Source: the human T2T-CHM13v2.0 reference genome, Homo sapiens. Taken from it: a DNA stretch of 64,000 bases. Shown piece after piece: positions 48,535 to 62,020 of the stretch. The notes below the pieces were generated by a model. That model made no database searches, had not been told where the DNA came from, and was given only the letters and a program-made list of their open reading frames with translations. The translations under genes and the position numbers were made by a program. Each line of letters opens with the position of its first letter. Position 1 is the stretch's first letter. The DNA lies in NCBI RefSeq assembly GCF_009914755.1, contig NC_060929.1; one strand, written 5' to 3'.

Positions 48535-50957
48535 TTTTAGCCAGTTCTTGATTAACTGTTCAACTACCAGTTCAGACCAGGCCAGATGAGTGGGCTTTTA
48601 ACTACACGTTCTGCTCTAAATTTCCAGTCACACTTTTCATCATGTCTGAATCAAAAGCATTCTCAGAGGGGAAGTCATTAACACCCACTTCAGTCTGAAG
48701 TTTAGAGTGTTACATAAAAGCATGTCCACTGTCAGAATCAATACTAGTGTCTATCACCTCAAATCCTTTTTTGTGACAGTCGAGTATAAATAAATAAAAT
48801 TAAAATACTCAAACCCACGCTCATGTGCACACCCCCACACCCCTACAGTTTCCTGTAGAAATATTCATCTCTATGAAAGCATATTATGGTTATAACTGAA
48901 AACCTTGTTATTAAATATAATATTAGTTAAAATATTAAACATAATGTTATTCTGAATGTATTTGTAAAATATTTCCTAAATAGAACTTATTCCAATTTTC
49001 TAGACCCAGAACAGAAACAGAATTCTATTATAAAGTATACCCATCAAGAAAATGTCCTGAGCTTTTCTTAGCCCATGCCCTGATTACAATCTTCCACACT
49101 ACATTTCTTTAGAGAGCAGGTAATCTTAGTGCTTTGCAGAATAGTCCTATTTTACCTTGAAATTATCATCTGTTTCTTTCCAAATGAATTCTTACCAAAT
49201 TCATTTTTCCTTTGGTAAAATGCCAATTCCAGAAAAGCGCTTAAAAACAAAAATCATATAATTCCAATGCCTGACAAATGATAGCTTGTACCAATGATCT
49301 ATTTTTAACTAGAAGGTAAGTGTTAATAACAAAACAATTCTAAATGATACATGTAAATGGCATTTGCCTCTATGTGTCCACAAACTTACTTTTAGTTCCT
49401 GATACCCTGTCACATTTAGCATAAGGACACTTATACGTCAGAGTCCTTGAAATAGGGTTTGTAAATTTTAGGTGCCTAGTCACAGCATCTAATCTTTCAC
49501 TGAAAAAAAGGAAAAGATGTGGCTCTAGAGAAATCAGTATTTCAGAAACAAATTCTTGCCTGTTTGACTGTAGCTTCTCATCTATCCATACAACACATGT
49601 AACCTGCACACTTTTTAGCAAGTCAATTATAGTTTTCATAAAACATACGGAAATGCTGAAATCTCCTGCAGCTGCTGAAATACTTGAATTCTGACTTCTT
49701 ATATGAAGTCGTGGACACCAAATATGTAGTAACCTACTTACAGGTTGAACTGCTTTTTGGCACCATGAGAAGGGGCAATCTTCTATCAAACTGATTTGAT
49801 AAATCTGTAAATGTGTCCGGTAGGTTGCAGGGCTTGGATCAGTAACAAAAAGCATTGTACTATGGGATGGGGGTTTGACAGGTTCCAGCATGACCACTGG
49901 CCCTGTACATCACCAAGATATGGTTTACCTCCTACAAAACCTGGGGAAAGAGAAAAAAATGGAAGCAATTAAGAGGTACAACATAATGGGGGGAAGTTCT
50001 GCACATGAGGTGGAGGTGGAAGTGAACTGAACTAACTATTCTCTTTCTTGTTCCCCTCACTTTCTCACAAAGTATGTTATTAAGCAAAGGACTTATTCAA
50101 AGCACTAAAAGACATAATATATTAACTAACACTCATGGAGGAATTGAAAAGAGTTCCCTAAATGAGCAAATCACTCTATCCTTATAGGCAAGGCTGAATT
50201 TGCAATGGCTTGCATAACTATCTTAATGGTTTTTATGAAATATTATAAATTAGACTTACAGTTTAGATTTAAGAAATTCATTTGTGCTGCATCATAGATG
50301 TTTAAAAATATTCCTATATCTGCACAAAGCATAAAAAGCTCTCTGGAAAATCATGAAACCCTTGCACACTCAATATTCCTCCCCACACCAGTCCTTCCCA
50401 TCTGCCAGCTGGGTTTCATTTTAAGAATTTCACACTGAATATAAAGTGCTATTTTGACCATGTGGCTCCAGAAATGTGAATTTATAGTTTTTTCAGCTTG
50501 TATGCAGGTGATTGACAGAGAGGGGATTAACCAACTGGATGCGATGAAGCTGCTGCCTCTTCCTTCAGGTTACTTTAAGTTTCCATGCAAGGATGGCCAT
50601 CCTTGAATGGTTTCATTGAGGCTAGCAAGAAGTACAGCTTCCTAGCAGGGGACTTACTTTTCATTTAACTACTACATGGCCACCATACCTTGAAACTATT
50701 TTCTCCATGTTACTATTCCTCCCACATTCCATCTATTTTCCCATCTGTAAAATGGGAATACTGAAGTTAGCTTTCTTAGACATACCTTGTGGTGATATCC
50801 TACTGATATATGACACATATCTATAGTTACTGGTCTTCGGGTTTAAGAGTCAAGATTTTGACAAATGTGTAGGTGAGCATGTGTGTATTTGGTTTTCTTG
50901 GGTGGGGGCAGACTAGAGGGAATGGGCATGGAGAAGAAGGTTGAAAGGTTGGCTTAA

Positions 50958-51302
<345 letters not shown>

Positions 51303-51542
51303 GAGTTCCTTAATATATTCTTACTCTCTGTGTGAGCAATGCCTAATAACTGAAATATGGAAGAGACCCTCTACACTCAGTATTTCAGATATTGCTTTGG
51401 GCATCTAGAAATGTTTCAGATACGATTGCTATTTAAGATTGCCACATAAAGCAGTCCTATTTTTTCAACAGTTAACTATCTTGTTTCAGACTTCTCATCC
51501 TCAAGCATCATCACAGGCACAAAAATGATGTCATAACTATAG

Positions 51543-52182
51543 ACAATAGTCCCCCTTTACATGCAGTTTCGCTTTCCGTGGTTTCATTTTCCTTGCTACC
51601 ATATAAAAAGATATTTTGAAAAACAGAAAGAGAGACCACATTTGTTTTCATTACAGTATGTTGTTACAATTATTTTATCATTAGTTACTATTGTTAATCT
51701 CTTACTGTGCCTAATTTATAAATTAAACTTTATCATAGGCATGTATATATAGGAAAAAAATATAGTATCTATAGCAGGCCTTCTGTATCCATGGGTTCCA
51801 CATCTGTGGATTCAACCAACTGTGGATTGAAAATACTCAAAAAAAAATTGCACACGTACTGAACATGTAATGAACTTTTTTTCCTCATCATTATTCCCTA
51901 AACAATAGAGCATGACTAGTTATGCAGCATTTACATTATATTAGGTATTATAAGGAGTCAAGAAATAATTTAAATATATAGGAGGATATGCATAGGTAAT
52001 ATGCAAATACTACACCATTTTCTTTCACTGACTCAGATTTTGTTATTTCAGAAAGGTCTCAGAACAAATGCCCCATGGATACTGAGGGACAACTGTAAAG
52101 GGTTTGGTACTATCTGTAGTTTCAGGCATCCACAGGAGGCCTTGGAATGTATCCTCCGTCAATAAGGGGTGATCCACTTGTA
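51543..52182. mobile_element. MER44A (Tigger) with nested MER2 (~51772-52097)
   Basis: tagtccccctt...gtttcgctttccgtggtttca and gggtttggtactatctgtagtttcaggcatccac halves surround a MER2 (ctgtatccatgggttcc...ggatactgagggacaactg). Confidence 0.8.
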
Positions 52183-52931
52183 TTCAGATTTTCAAAATGT
52201 TTCTTTTTTGCAACTTTAGGGTCATGCTGTTCCTGGGATTCCGTACACTCACTAAATGCACAGGAAATAATACTACAAACCAGATGACTTCCCTATTTGA
52301 CAAAAGATCAATGAAAGGATATTCGAGCATTGACTTTTGAGAAGGGTGTGTAGGATATATTCAGATTTGATACTGTGACACTGGAGCTAGTCTCAAAATT
52401 AATGAGCATATACACAAAAGTTGACATCAGATGGAAGATGACATCATTTGAAAAATACATGCTTATCATATCCCATCAAGTTTGGTCCTGTTCAGAACAG
52501 GAAAAGTTCCATTCATAGGTGGAGTCTTCAGCTTCTAAATTATTCGGGAGAGTAATAACAATGTTTCCCCTCCCTTCCCTCAAGACAGAGCAAACAAACA
52601 AGTACACTATAGAAAATCAATTATAATTAGGGGAAAATTTCTCCTGCTTGCCAGCAAAAATAAATATGGCTCCACTGAAAAAAATCACTAATATTATATA
52701 TTGAAGTTTTAGACATATGCTCTGAATAATTAAGAAAATTATTTGAGCACAGAAAAAGGTATGGAAGAAGCCACATCAAACTGATAACACTGGATAATAA
52801 CCTTGGGGATTAAAGAGGGAAAAGATTATTAACTTTTATATATCTTTATGTATTTCTGAATAATTGGACTTAAAATAATAAGTGACTATAGTTTTTGTAT
52901 TTTAAAAAAACTAATAAAATAAAAACAATCA

Positions 52932-53253
<322 letters not shown>

Positions 53254-54024
53254 CATACACATGAACACATCAAAAAGAGAATTTAAGGAAATAAAACTAC
53301 ACTGTATGCAGAGACACATCCAAGAAGGTAACCTGGCTCACAGTAGAAGCTCAACAAACATGAGTTATATGAATGTGAAGCACACAATAGCTGACAATAT
53401 AAACATTCTCCTCATATAATAGTATCTACTCATGTGCCGCAGATAAATATAGTTGCTTTTTAACCATCATAGTTAAGAAATATGGATTTTTATCTTATCT
53501 AAGCACTTTGGGGATTTAAATTTTAAGTCAATAATAATTTATAAGAGTTTGTCTGTTTCTGGAAGGTGGGCAACCTTTCAGGCAGGCCAGAAGACCCTCA
53601 GGATTCTTAACTTTCACAATGAAAATCCAACAACTGCCCACCGGGCTGCAATGTTTATATGTGGATTTTCCAGAATTAGTGGTACCAGCTCTTCAGGCCC
53701 GGACAGGAAATGAAATCTCCAACTCCCTGCTCTTTATCAGATCTCCTGGGAGAAGTAATCTTTAGAGAAGATCATTGAAAGGGCCAGATCATCCATCTTC
53801 CTCTACAGGATGTCTAATGCTATCCTTGAATGAAGTTCAAGTATACCCTGCTGAAGGCTACCAAATCACTTTATGGCATTTCAATACTAGGGTCTCAACA
53901 TTACTTAATGCCACCGTAAGAAAAGGCCACAAGAAATTCAAAACTACGCTTACTATAACAGTGTTGTGAATTACTCATTAGATCACTCAATGTCTTCTAT
54001 AGAAAACATCTTCTTAGAATTATG

Positions 54025-54136
54025 GTCTTAAATGACGAGTTAATGGGTGCAGCACACCAAAATGGCACATGTGTACCTATGTGACAAACCTGCACGTTGT
54101 GCACATGTACCCTAGAACTTAAAGTATAATAAAAAA

Positions 54137-54194
<58 letters not shown>
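54025..54194 (+). mobile_element. Extremely 5'-truncated L1PA 3' end with (TA)n tail
   Basis: taaatgacgagttaatgggtgcagcacacc...ccctagaacttaaagtataataaaa, with a 24-bp TSD. Confidence 0.92.
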
Positions 54195-54196
<2 letters not shown>

Positions 54197-55030
54197 AAAA
54201 CGTCTTCTTAGAATTATGCTCGAACAGCTTTTATTTTCCCTATGGAAGACACATTCTCCTTGTTTTCCATAATGAGAAAGAATATGTCACAGATCATGAT
54301 TCCCCTGCCCTTTCGTTTTTCAAAAACCCAGAGCAACAAATATGAAACTCAATTGGAAAAGTGATTCGACCAATTGGAGTAGGGTTGAGCATTATTATAG
54401 TTGCCTTCTCTTTGTTCTGATCTTCTTGTATTTCAATATTTTATTATTACTATTTTCATGCGAGTCACTTTAAATACTTTGTAGACAGAAGCAGTGGACT
54501 ACATAGACAAAATAAAAATAAAGTAATATCTCCATCTGGAGTTGAACAATAACATTCAATTATCTCTTTCCTTGGCATAACTGCTTAACAGAATACACGA
54601 AGCTTCATTGAAAGCCACCAATATTCGATCATTCTTACTATTTTGAGGGCTTCTTAATTTTACCATGGAGTGTGGACTCCAGTTTTATCAGAATTGTCTT
54701 GGTATGAGAAGCTTCAACTGAAGTTCACTCATTTAAAACATTTTAAGAATATCACAGTAAGAAGAAATTCTTCAGTAGGTCAAGTCCCTTACAGCAAAAT
54801 CCAAGGGACTCTTCAATTGTTTTACTATATAAAATGAATGATGCTTACAACATCATTTTTTCAGAATCCTTCCTTCTTTCCTTTGTCCTTTCTTTCCTTC
54901 TCTCCCTCATTCCTTCTCTCCCTCATTCCTTCCCCCATGACTGTGATATTTTCAGGTGATAGGATTTTAACTGTACCGTCCAGTTCTTACTATCTTATAG
55001 ATCAGATGTTAGATGTCATCTGGCATTTTT

Positions 55031-55301
55031 TAAATTGATTGTTTCTCCAAAGTACCTTTAACCTTTTTTTCAATAGGCTTTTGGGGGACAGGTGGTGTTT
55101 GGTCACATGAATAAGTTCTCTAGTGGTGACTTCTGAGATTTCAGTGCACCCATCACCTGGGCAGTGTACACTGTACCCAATGTGTAGTCTTTTATCCCTC
55201 GCCACCCACCACCCTTTCCCCCAAGACCCCAAGTCTAATATGTCATTCTTATACTTTTGTGTTCTCATAGCTTGGCTCCCACATATGAGTGAGAACATAT
55301 G
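55031..55301 (-). mobile_element. Truncated L1MA 3' end
   Basis: L1MA1/2-type 3' sequence. TSD gtcatctggcattttt (55015-55030 / 55302-55317). Confidence 0.85.
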
Positions 55302-55544
55302 GTCATCTGGCATTTTTAATGCCACACGATCAAATCCAACAACACTCTCCAAAATAATCTTTCAGGGTAGTGATGGTGGAATATAAAAACAGTAAAGTTA
55401 AGGTGTCTTTAGCCATAGGATTCTGGCCAAACTGTGAGATAAATAAAATCTGCCTTTATTTCTTTTTCACCTTCCTTTCCAAGAATTCCTTCCAGCAATC
55501 CGAAGTCTCTATATACCTTACCATGTGTCAGACTTTTTTTTTTT

Positions 55545-55643
55545 AATGGAATACTTTATGAATTTGCATGTCATCCTTCCACAGGAGCCACGCTAATCTC
55601 TGTATCATTCCAATTTTAGTATATGTGTTGTCAAAGTGAGCAC
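55545..55643 (-). pseudogene. U6 snRNA processed pseudogene (RNU6-nP) with poly(A) tail at 55534-55544
   Basis: Minus strand reads GTGCTCACTTTGACAACACATATACTAAAATTGGAATGATACAGAGATTAGCGTGGCTCCTGTGGAAGGATGACATGCAAATTCATAAAGTATTCCATT. This is full-length U6 with CpG decay and small deletions. Confidence 0.93.
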
Positions 55644-56537
55644 CACACACTCTTTTAAGATTAAAAATATATATATTAACTCACTAATCCTCACGTCAGT
55701 CCATTGAGGAAAGTACTATTATTATTCCATTTTTCGAAGCTAGGACACCGAAGCTTAGACAGGTTAAAGAATATGTCCAAGCTATGGGGGCAAGACACAA
55801 TAGTGGTGGTCTGGCCCAAGAGCCTGTGTACAGTGGAAATATGCTGCTTGTTACTTAGTATGCTGCATGCTGAGCTAGTACTAACAACAAAAAAACGGTT
55901 TTCAATGAAAAATCAGTGATTAATAACACGAAATGAAATCCAACAGTATGTAACTTTAGGTACTTATAATAGGGTTGGGATGAGATTTGTTGCAATGCCT
56001 CCTGAAGTCCCTTAAAACTCAGTCCACATCAGCAGCTACTCCTTGAGAGTATTGCAAGTAGAACAAAGCATTTCAAACCACAGAATCCTTTCAATGTTTT
56101 TATATTTCTCCACCATAATCTTGCAGCACCCCCTCCTCCAAAGGGCAGCACTGAATGCACAGACACATGACACATTGATATGATCAAGGTTGATTGGTGG
56201 CTTCCCACATATCATGTGAGGTCCACAAGAGACTAAAGATTGCTAGAGTATTGTGGAACCCTCAGTGATCTGAATTCAACTTATCCATTCATTCATTCAA
56301 CAGATACTCAACAGGAACCTACTACATGCCAGATACTCTTCTAGAGACTAAAGATAGAGCGGTGAACAAAGCTGAATAATCCCAAACTTCTAGCTACTTA
56401 CATTCTAATGAAGAAAGACTAAATAAATGTGATAAACCACTAAAATAGTATGTAGCATGTTAGACAATGGCATAAAGTACTAGGAAGATGAAGCAGGAAG
56501 ATGCATGGGAAGTCTACAGTTCAAAACAGGGTGGTCA

Positions 56538-56838
56538 GGCCAGGCATGCTGGCTCACGCCTGTAATCCCAGCACTTTCGGAGGCTGACGCAGGAAGGTCA
56601 CTTGAGGCCGGACTTCAAGACCAGACTGGGCAACAGAGTGAGACCCCATCTCTACAAAAAATTTTTTTAAAAATTAGCCAGGCATGGTGGCATGCATCCG
56701 GAGTCTCAGCTACTTGGGAGGCTGAGGTGGGAGGATTGCTTGAGCCCAAGAGGGCAGGGTTGCAGTGAGCCAAGGCTGCACCACTGCATTTCCCCATGGG
56801 CAACAGAGTGATATTCTGTCTCAACAAAACAAAACAAA
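56538..56838 (+). mobile_element. AluJ
   Basis: TSD aaa-cagggt-gtca. Confidence 0.93.
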
Positions 56839-56989
56839 GCAGGGTTGTCATCTCTCAATACTCACAGATCCTATCCCCTTAACTGAGTTTAGTCACTCCT
56901 TGAACTCACCTTGCCCTTTCCAAATATGAACTCTTTGCCCAAGACATTTCTTTCTCCTAGAAGGCCCTCTGTCCTGTTTCTTGTGAGTG

Positions 56990-57225
56990 GTAGTTTAGCT
57001 AGTTAACTGGACTGAAGCCGAAACTACCGTTGTTCAAATCCCCTTTTTATTACTTACTAACTCTTTGGCTTTGGGTAAGTCCCTTGACTGCTCTAGGCCA
57101 TAGTTTTCTAATTTGGAAAATGGGTATAATAATAATGACAAGAACAATAATACCTATATCACAAGGTTCATTGTGAGGCTCAATTGAATTAGAATATTAA
57201 AGTGTTCAGAATAGTACCTGGCACT
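56990..57225 (+). mobile_element. MIR
   Basis: ttcaaatcc...acttactaact...aaaatgggtataataata...ttgtgagg...agaatagtacctggcac core. Confidence 0.7.
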
Positions 57226-57655
57226 ATTCTACTACTACTATGACCTCAACTAAATTTCTATCTGTGCTTAAGACCCAATTCAAATGCTACTTCTCAATCT
57301 CTAATCACAATAGCTGAAGGTGAGGTTTTCCTTCTCTGAGATCCTGTAGTCCCTTGGTTTTATCACTCTAATGGTATTTAACCTGTATCATTGCAAGTAT
57401 TCACGCTATCTTGAAGTACAATTATTATATATATGTGAAGTACAATTATTATATGTGTGTGTATATTTATTTACTTATAAACAGCTTCTTCCCTCCTGAA
57501 ATCACAGCACCTGAGGGTTTAGAATGAACATAAACTTTTCTTCTTCCTCCTTATCTCCTTTTCCCTTCTGTGAGTGTTTTAATCAGTTCATTATTTATAT
57601 ATACCAGAGAGTGGACAGGACAAGGAAAGGGAAGTGAAATTAGCAAGTGCACAGG

Positions 57656-57657
<2 letters not shown>

Positions 57658-57688
<31 letters not shown>
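57658..57688. repeat. (CA)n microsatellite
   Basis: About 15 uninterrupted CA units. Confidence 0.95.
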
Positions 57689-57690
<2 letters not shown>

Positions 57691-58233
57691 TATAGTTCTG
57701 TATTAGTTTATTACATTTAAATCTCCCAATGTTTTTGATCTCCTTCTCTGAGGAAAGCTTGGTGGTATAGCAGTCTATCCTCCAAAGATTTACAATCTAA
57801 ATCGTGTAGAAAGCCTTAAGGAAAAAAAAAATCCCTCTCACTTAAACAACTTAAGCCCCAACCCTACTTGAAACTATGCCTTAAAGTGCTTGCTGTCTCC
57901 CCAAATATACCATGTATTAATTTTCACACTTCAAGACTGCTACTTATCCACCTGATGCATTCTGGAACCTCCTTCCCTTCCCCTGTCACTTCCCTTCTTT
58001 GTTTTCCTTGCTCTCCCTTCCCTGAAGAATTGACTGCTCCCTCAACCCAAGTAATACATAAATATTCGTCCATTCATTTCCCCTCTCCCCTGCTAGAGTG
58101 CAAATTCTTTGGGATGAAGACAGACCTCAAGGCTCAGAGAGCTTTGCCCAAAGTAGACCCTCTCCCTCATCTTGGCGAATTCCGCATCTGGAGCAAGGCC
58201 TGAAGTGAGGCAGATGCTCAGAGTGTTCACTGA

Positions 58234-58708
<475 letters not shown>

Positions 58709-59456
58709 TGACCAAACCAAACTACTAGGGGGAGGAGATACACAAATACTTCCTAAAACAGTCTGGGCAGGATGATCTATAGTTTTTATTAATTCAGTTT
58801 GTTGGGGGCTTTATCACACACAAGGCACTGTGCTGTGAGAGAGAAAGATAACCAAGACCTGATACTGCCCTCAAAGAACCCGTAGGCTACTGGGTGAAAA
58901 AGATAATAATTATAACAAGGTATGTATAAAAATGGCTGTGGGAACACAGAAGAGGGTGTGAGATTTACCTGTCTTGATAGTTGCTAACTCATTTGAAAAT
59001 TCATAATATTTATAAATGATAATAAATCCATAGCAAAAGAAGCTTTAAAACTATAGTTCTCAAGTCTAGCATTGAACAGTTTGGACAATGTCTAGGTTAT
59101 TTTATTTTGTGGAGAATAGGCTGTTTCTGAAAGCTCCCACTTTTATGGCCCAATCAGTAAGAGATTTCTATTCCAGCTGCTACACTATTCATTTATTTTA
59201 GTTGTAAAAACTTGAAAAAGCGAAAGGAAGAAATGTAAAATAAGCATCCCTGTCAAATTTACCCTTTTTCTTTAGAATGATGTTGATCCAAGACAAACAG
59301 TCTCAACCAGGGCAACATATATTTTAAATTTCATTGCAGCAAGTAAGAAAGAGAAACGACTTGATTTAAGGTTGGTTTTTGATTTGTCAGGTGACTTTAA
59401 GTGATTCGCCTCTTGGTTCCCAATTTGGCTTCTATTCCAAGATAGAAATTCTAAAA

Positions 59457-59711
59457 CTTGCTCTTTCACTCAGGTTGAAGTGCAGTGGCATGGTCATGGC
59501 TCACTGCAGCCTTGACCTTCTGGGCTCAGGAGATCCTCTCATCTCAGCCTCCCAAGTAACTGGGACTGCAGGCACACACTATTGCACCTGGCTTTTTAAT
59601 TTATTTTTATATTTTGTAGAGAGACTGTCTTGAACTCCTGGGCTCAAGCGATCCTTCTCTCTCAGCCTTCCAAAGTGCTGAGATTACAGGCGTGAGGCAC
59701 TGCACCTGACC
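59457..59711 (-). mobile_element. AluJ, internally deleted and lacking a tail
   Basis: Flanked by gaaattctaaa on both sides. Confidence 0.85.
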
Positions 59712-59854
59712 TGAAATTCTAAACGTACTCACAAAATACCCAGAACAGATTTAATTCAGAGAATACCTTAATCTCAATGTGGCTGTGTCCAGGTGAAGAG
59801 TCAAAATGTAATATTAAAAAAAAAAAAAAAAGAGAAATAGAAAATTAGGTTCCA

Positions 59855-60060
59855 CGATAGACACCAGGGCTTACTTGAGGATGGAGGGTGGGAGGAGGGA
59901 GAGATTTGAAGTACCAATTGGGTATGATATTTACTACCTGGGTGACAAAATGATTTGTACACCAAACCCCAGTGACACACAATTTACCTGCTGCAGGGAA
60001 AACAACCTGCACATGTAACCCCCTAAACCTAAAATAAAAGTTGGGGGGAAAGAAAGAAAG
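59855..60060 (+). mobile_element. Truncated old L1PA/L1PB 3' end
   Basis: tgtacaccaaaccccagtgacacacaatttacct...cctgcacatgta...cctaaaataaaagtt. TSD aaaattaggtt. Confidence 0.85.
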
Positions 60061-61707
60061 AAAATTAGGTTTCAGAACACAAAGTATTATTATTATTATT
60101 TGGAAAGTGCCTACTAAGACAGGGGCAGGTGACATGTTCTTTTAAGGCATCAGTACTAAGGCTGCCCAGCAAATACACAGCTAATCTAGAATATTCTGAT
60201 AGAAAGATAAGGGTACAGGGAATCTTGTATGAAACAAGAAAAAGGCCAGATGATTGATACAGCCTCCAACATAATTTCCCCTAAAGGCTATTAACAACAC
60301 AAGAAGGCCCAAGGCATTACTCTGAGCAAATTAAGACCTGACAGGTCATGTAGGAAACTCTTTCAAACATCCCAACATTTGATGTTTTATCATTTCATTT
60401 TGCTCTGCATATCAAAGAGATGGTTTTACCTCTAGCCCAAACCTCCGATATTCAGTAATCACTCTATTCATATATATATGAAGGAAATCACTACAAAAGA
60501 AATACACAAAGCTTCAGCTTACTCTGGACTCAATATTCTAGGGGAAGACAACAGTTTTCATTTTCTTTTCTTGCTGGAGAACAAAAGCATCAGGTAGGAA
60601 AATCTGTCCCCTTGGAAAAGGACCAGCCATTTGTTCTCTGGAAGGCCCCTGAAAGTAAGCAGATAAGGGAAAGTGGATATCTGGACTTGCCTGAGAAAAG
60701 CCTTTTAGGTCCAATTGTAGCAACTTATTTGAGAGCTGCAACTCATTAAGTGTGTCTCTGATATCACTTCAGATATGAAGGTTAGTGAAACATACCAATA
60801 GATTGAATCATCAAAAAATTCTCCTAGGAATTTGAACACAGAAGATTTGATGGAGAATTACTCCATTGGCTCAAGCCTGGATGGGCCCCTAGTGGAGATA
60901 AGATACAGACACCTTTTAGACAAGGGTTTCATTCTTCAGAAATAGAAGCTCAAATTGAGAACGTTCCCTCAATCCCTCAACATTATCATCACAGTGTTTA
61001 TTAGACATCTACATATACTCCGTAGGCACTAACCAAACACATAAAATCTAAAGTCTCTGCCTTCACAGAGCAGACAAATTAAGAAAACAACCCCACCTCC
61101 TGCTCCCATTCTGGGGACTACACATCAGAAAATAGATCTCTTTTTACAAATGTGACCAGTTTATTTCCTTAAATCCTTATTGATTCAGGAAACAGTGCTC
61201 TTCAAGTCTCTGGCTTGAGAAGAGCAGTTAAGATTAACCTTTTCTGATACTCAAGCTGCAGGACATCTTCTTTGCATTGCCTCTGGAAGGCTTTAACATT
61301 GCTCTAATCCCTCATCTATCAAACTCCTTCACCAGAGGGGTAAAGGGGGCCCTTTTGCTCCCTATTTTTATGAGTCTGCCAGGAATACACTGGCAATCAA
61401 AACTGAAGCTGCATTCCTTAAAACGCTTTTGGTAAATAGACACAAGGCAGTATTGTGCTTACACATATTTCATATTCTGAGTTGTCTATCTTAAACTCAG
61501 GCTCAAAGAGGCTCTGAATTTCCCATTCTTAGAAATCATACGACATATGCAATAAGAACATATGGCCATGAGATAACTGAGGCTTCAGTTTGTACCACAG
61601 CCAAGAACACTAGATGCCCAAGTGTATAACTACTAATGAATTAAGAAATAATGCAGAGAGGTTGTCGAGAGAAGGAAAATATAGAAAACCAATTTAGAAA
61701 AAGCAGA

Positions 61708-62020
61708 TTTTATTTATTTATTTATTTATTTAGACAGGGTCTCACTCTGTTGCCCAGGCTGGAGCGCAGTGGTGTGATGATAGCTCACTGCAAATTTGAC
61801 ATCCTGCGCTGAAGCAATACTCCTGCCCCAGCCTCCTGAGTAGCTGGGACAACAAATGTGTACTACCATGCCTGGCTAATTTTTTTTTATTTTTAGTAGA
61901 GATGGGGGGGGATCTCACTATGTTGCCCAAGCTGGTCACGTACTCCTGGGCTTAAGTGATCCTCCACCTTGGCCTCCCAAAGTGCTGGGATTACAGGTGT
62001 AAGTCACTGCTGCTAGCCGG
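61708..62020 (-). mobile_element. AluJ
   Basis: Antisense dimer. Confidence 0.93.

Noticed and set aside
55545-55643. Functional U6 gene or U6-L1 chimera with the adjacent L1MA
   Set aside because: It has many substitutions, a deletion next to the ACAGAGA box and its own poly(A). It is separated from the L1MA, which has an independent TSD.
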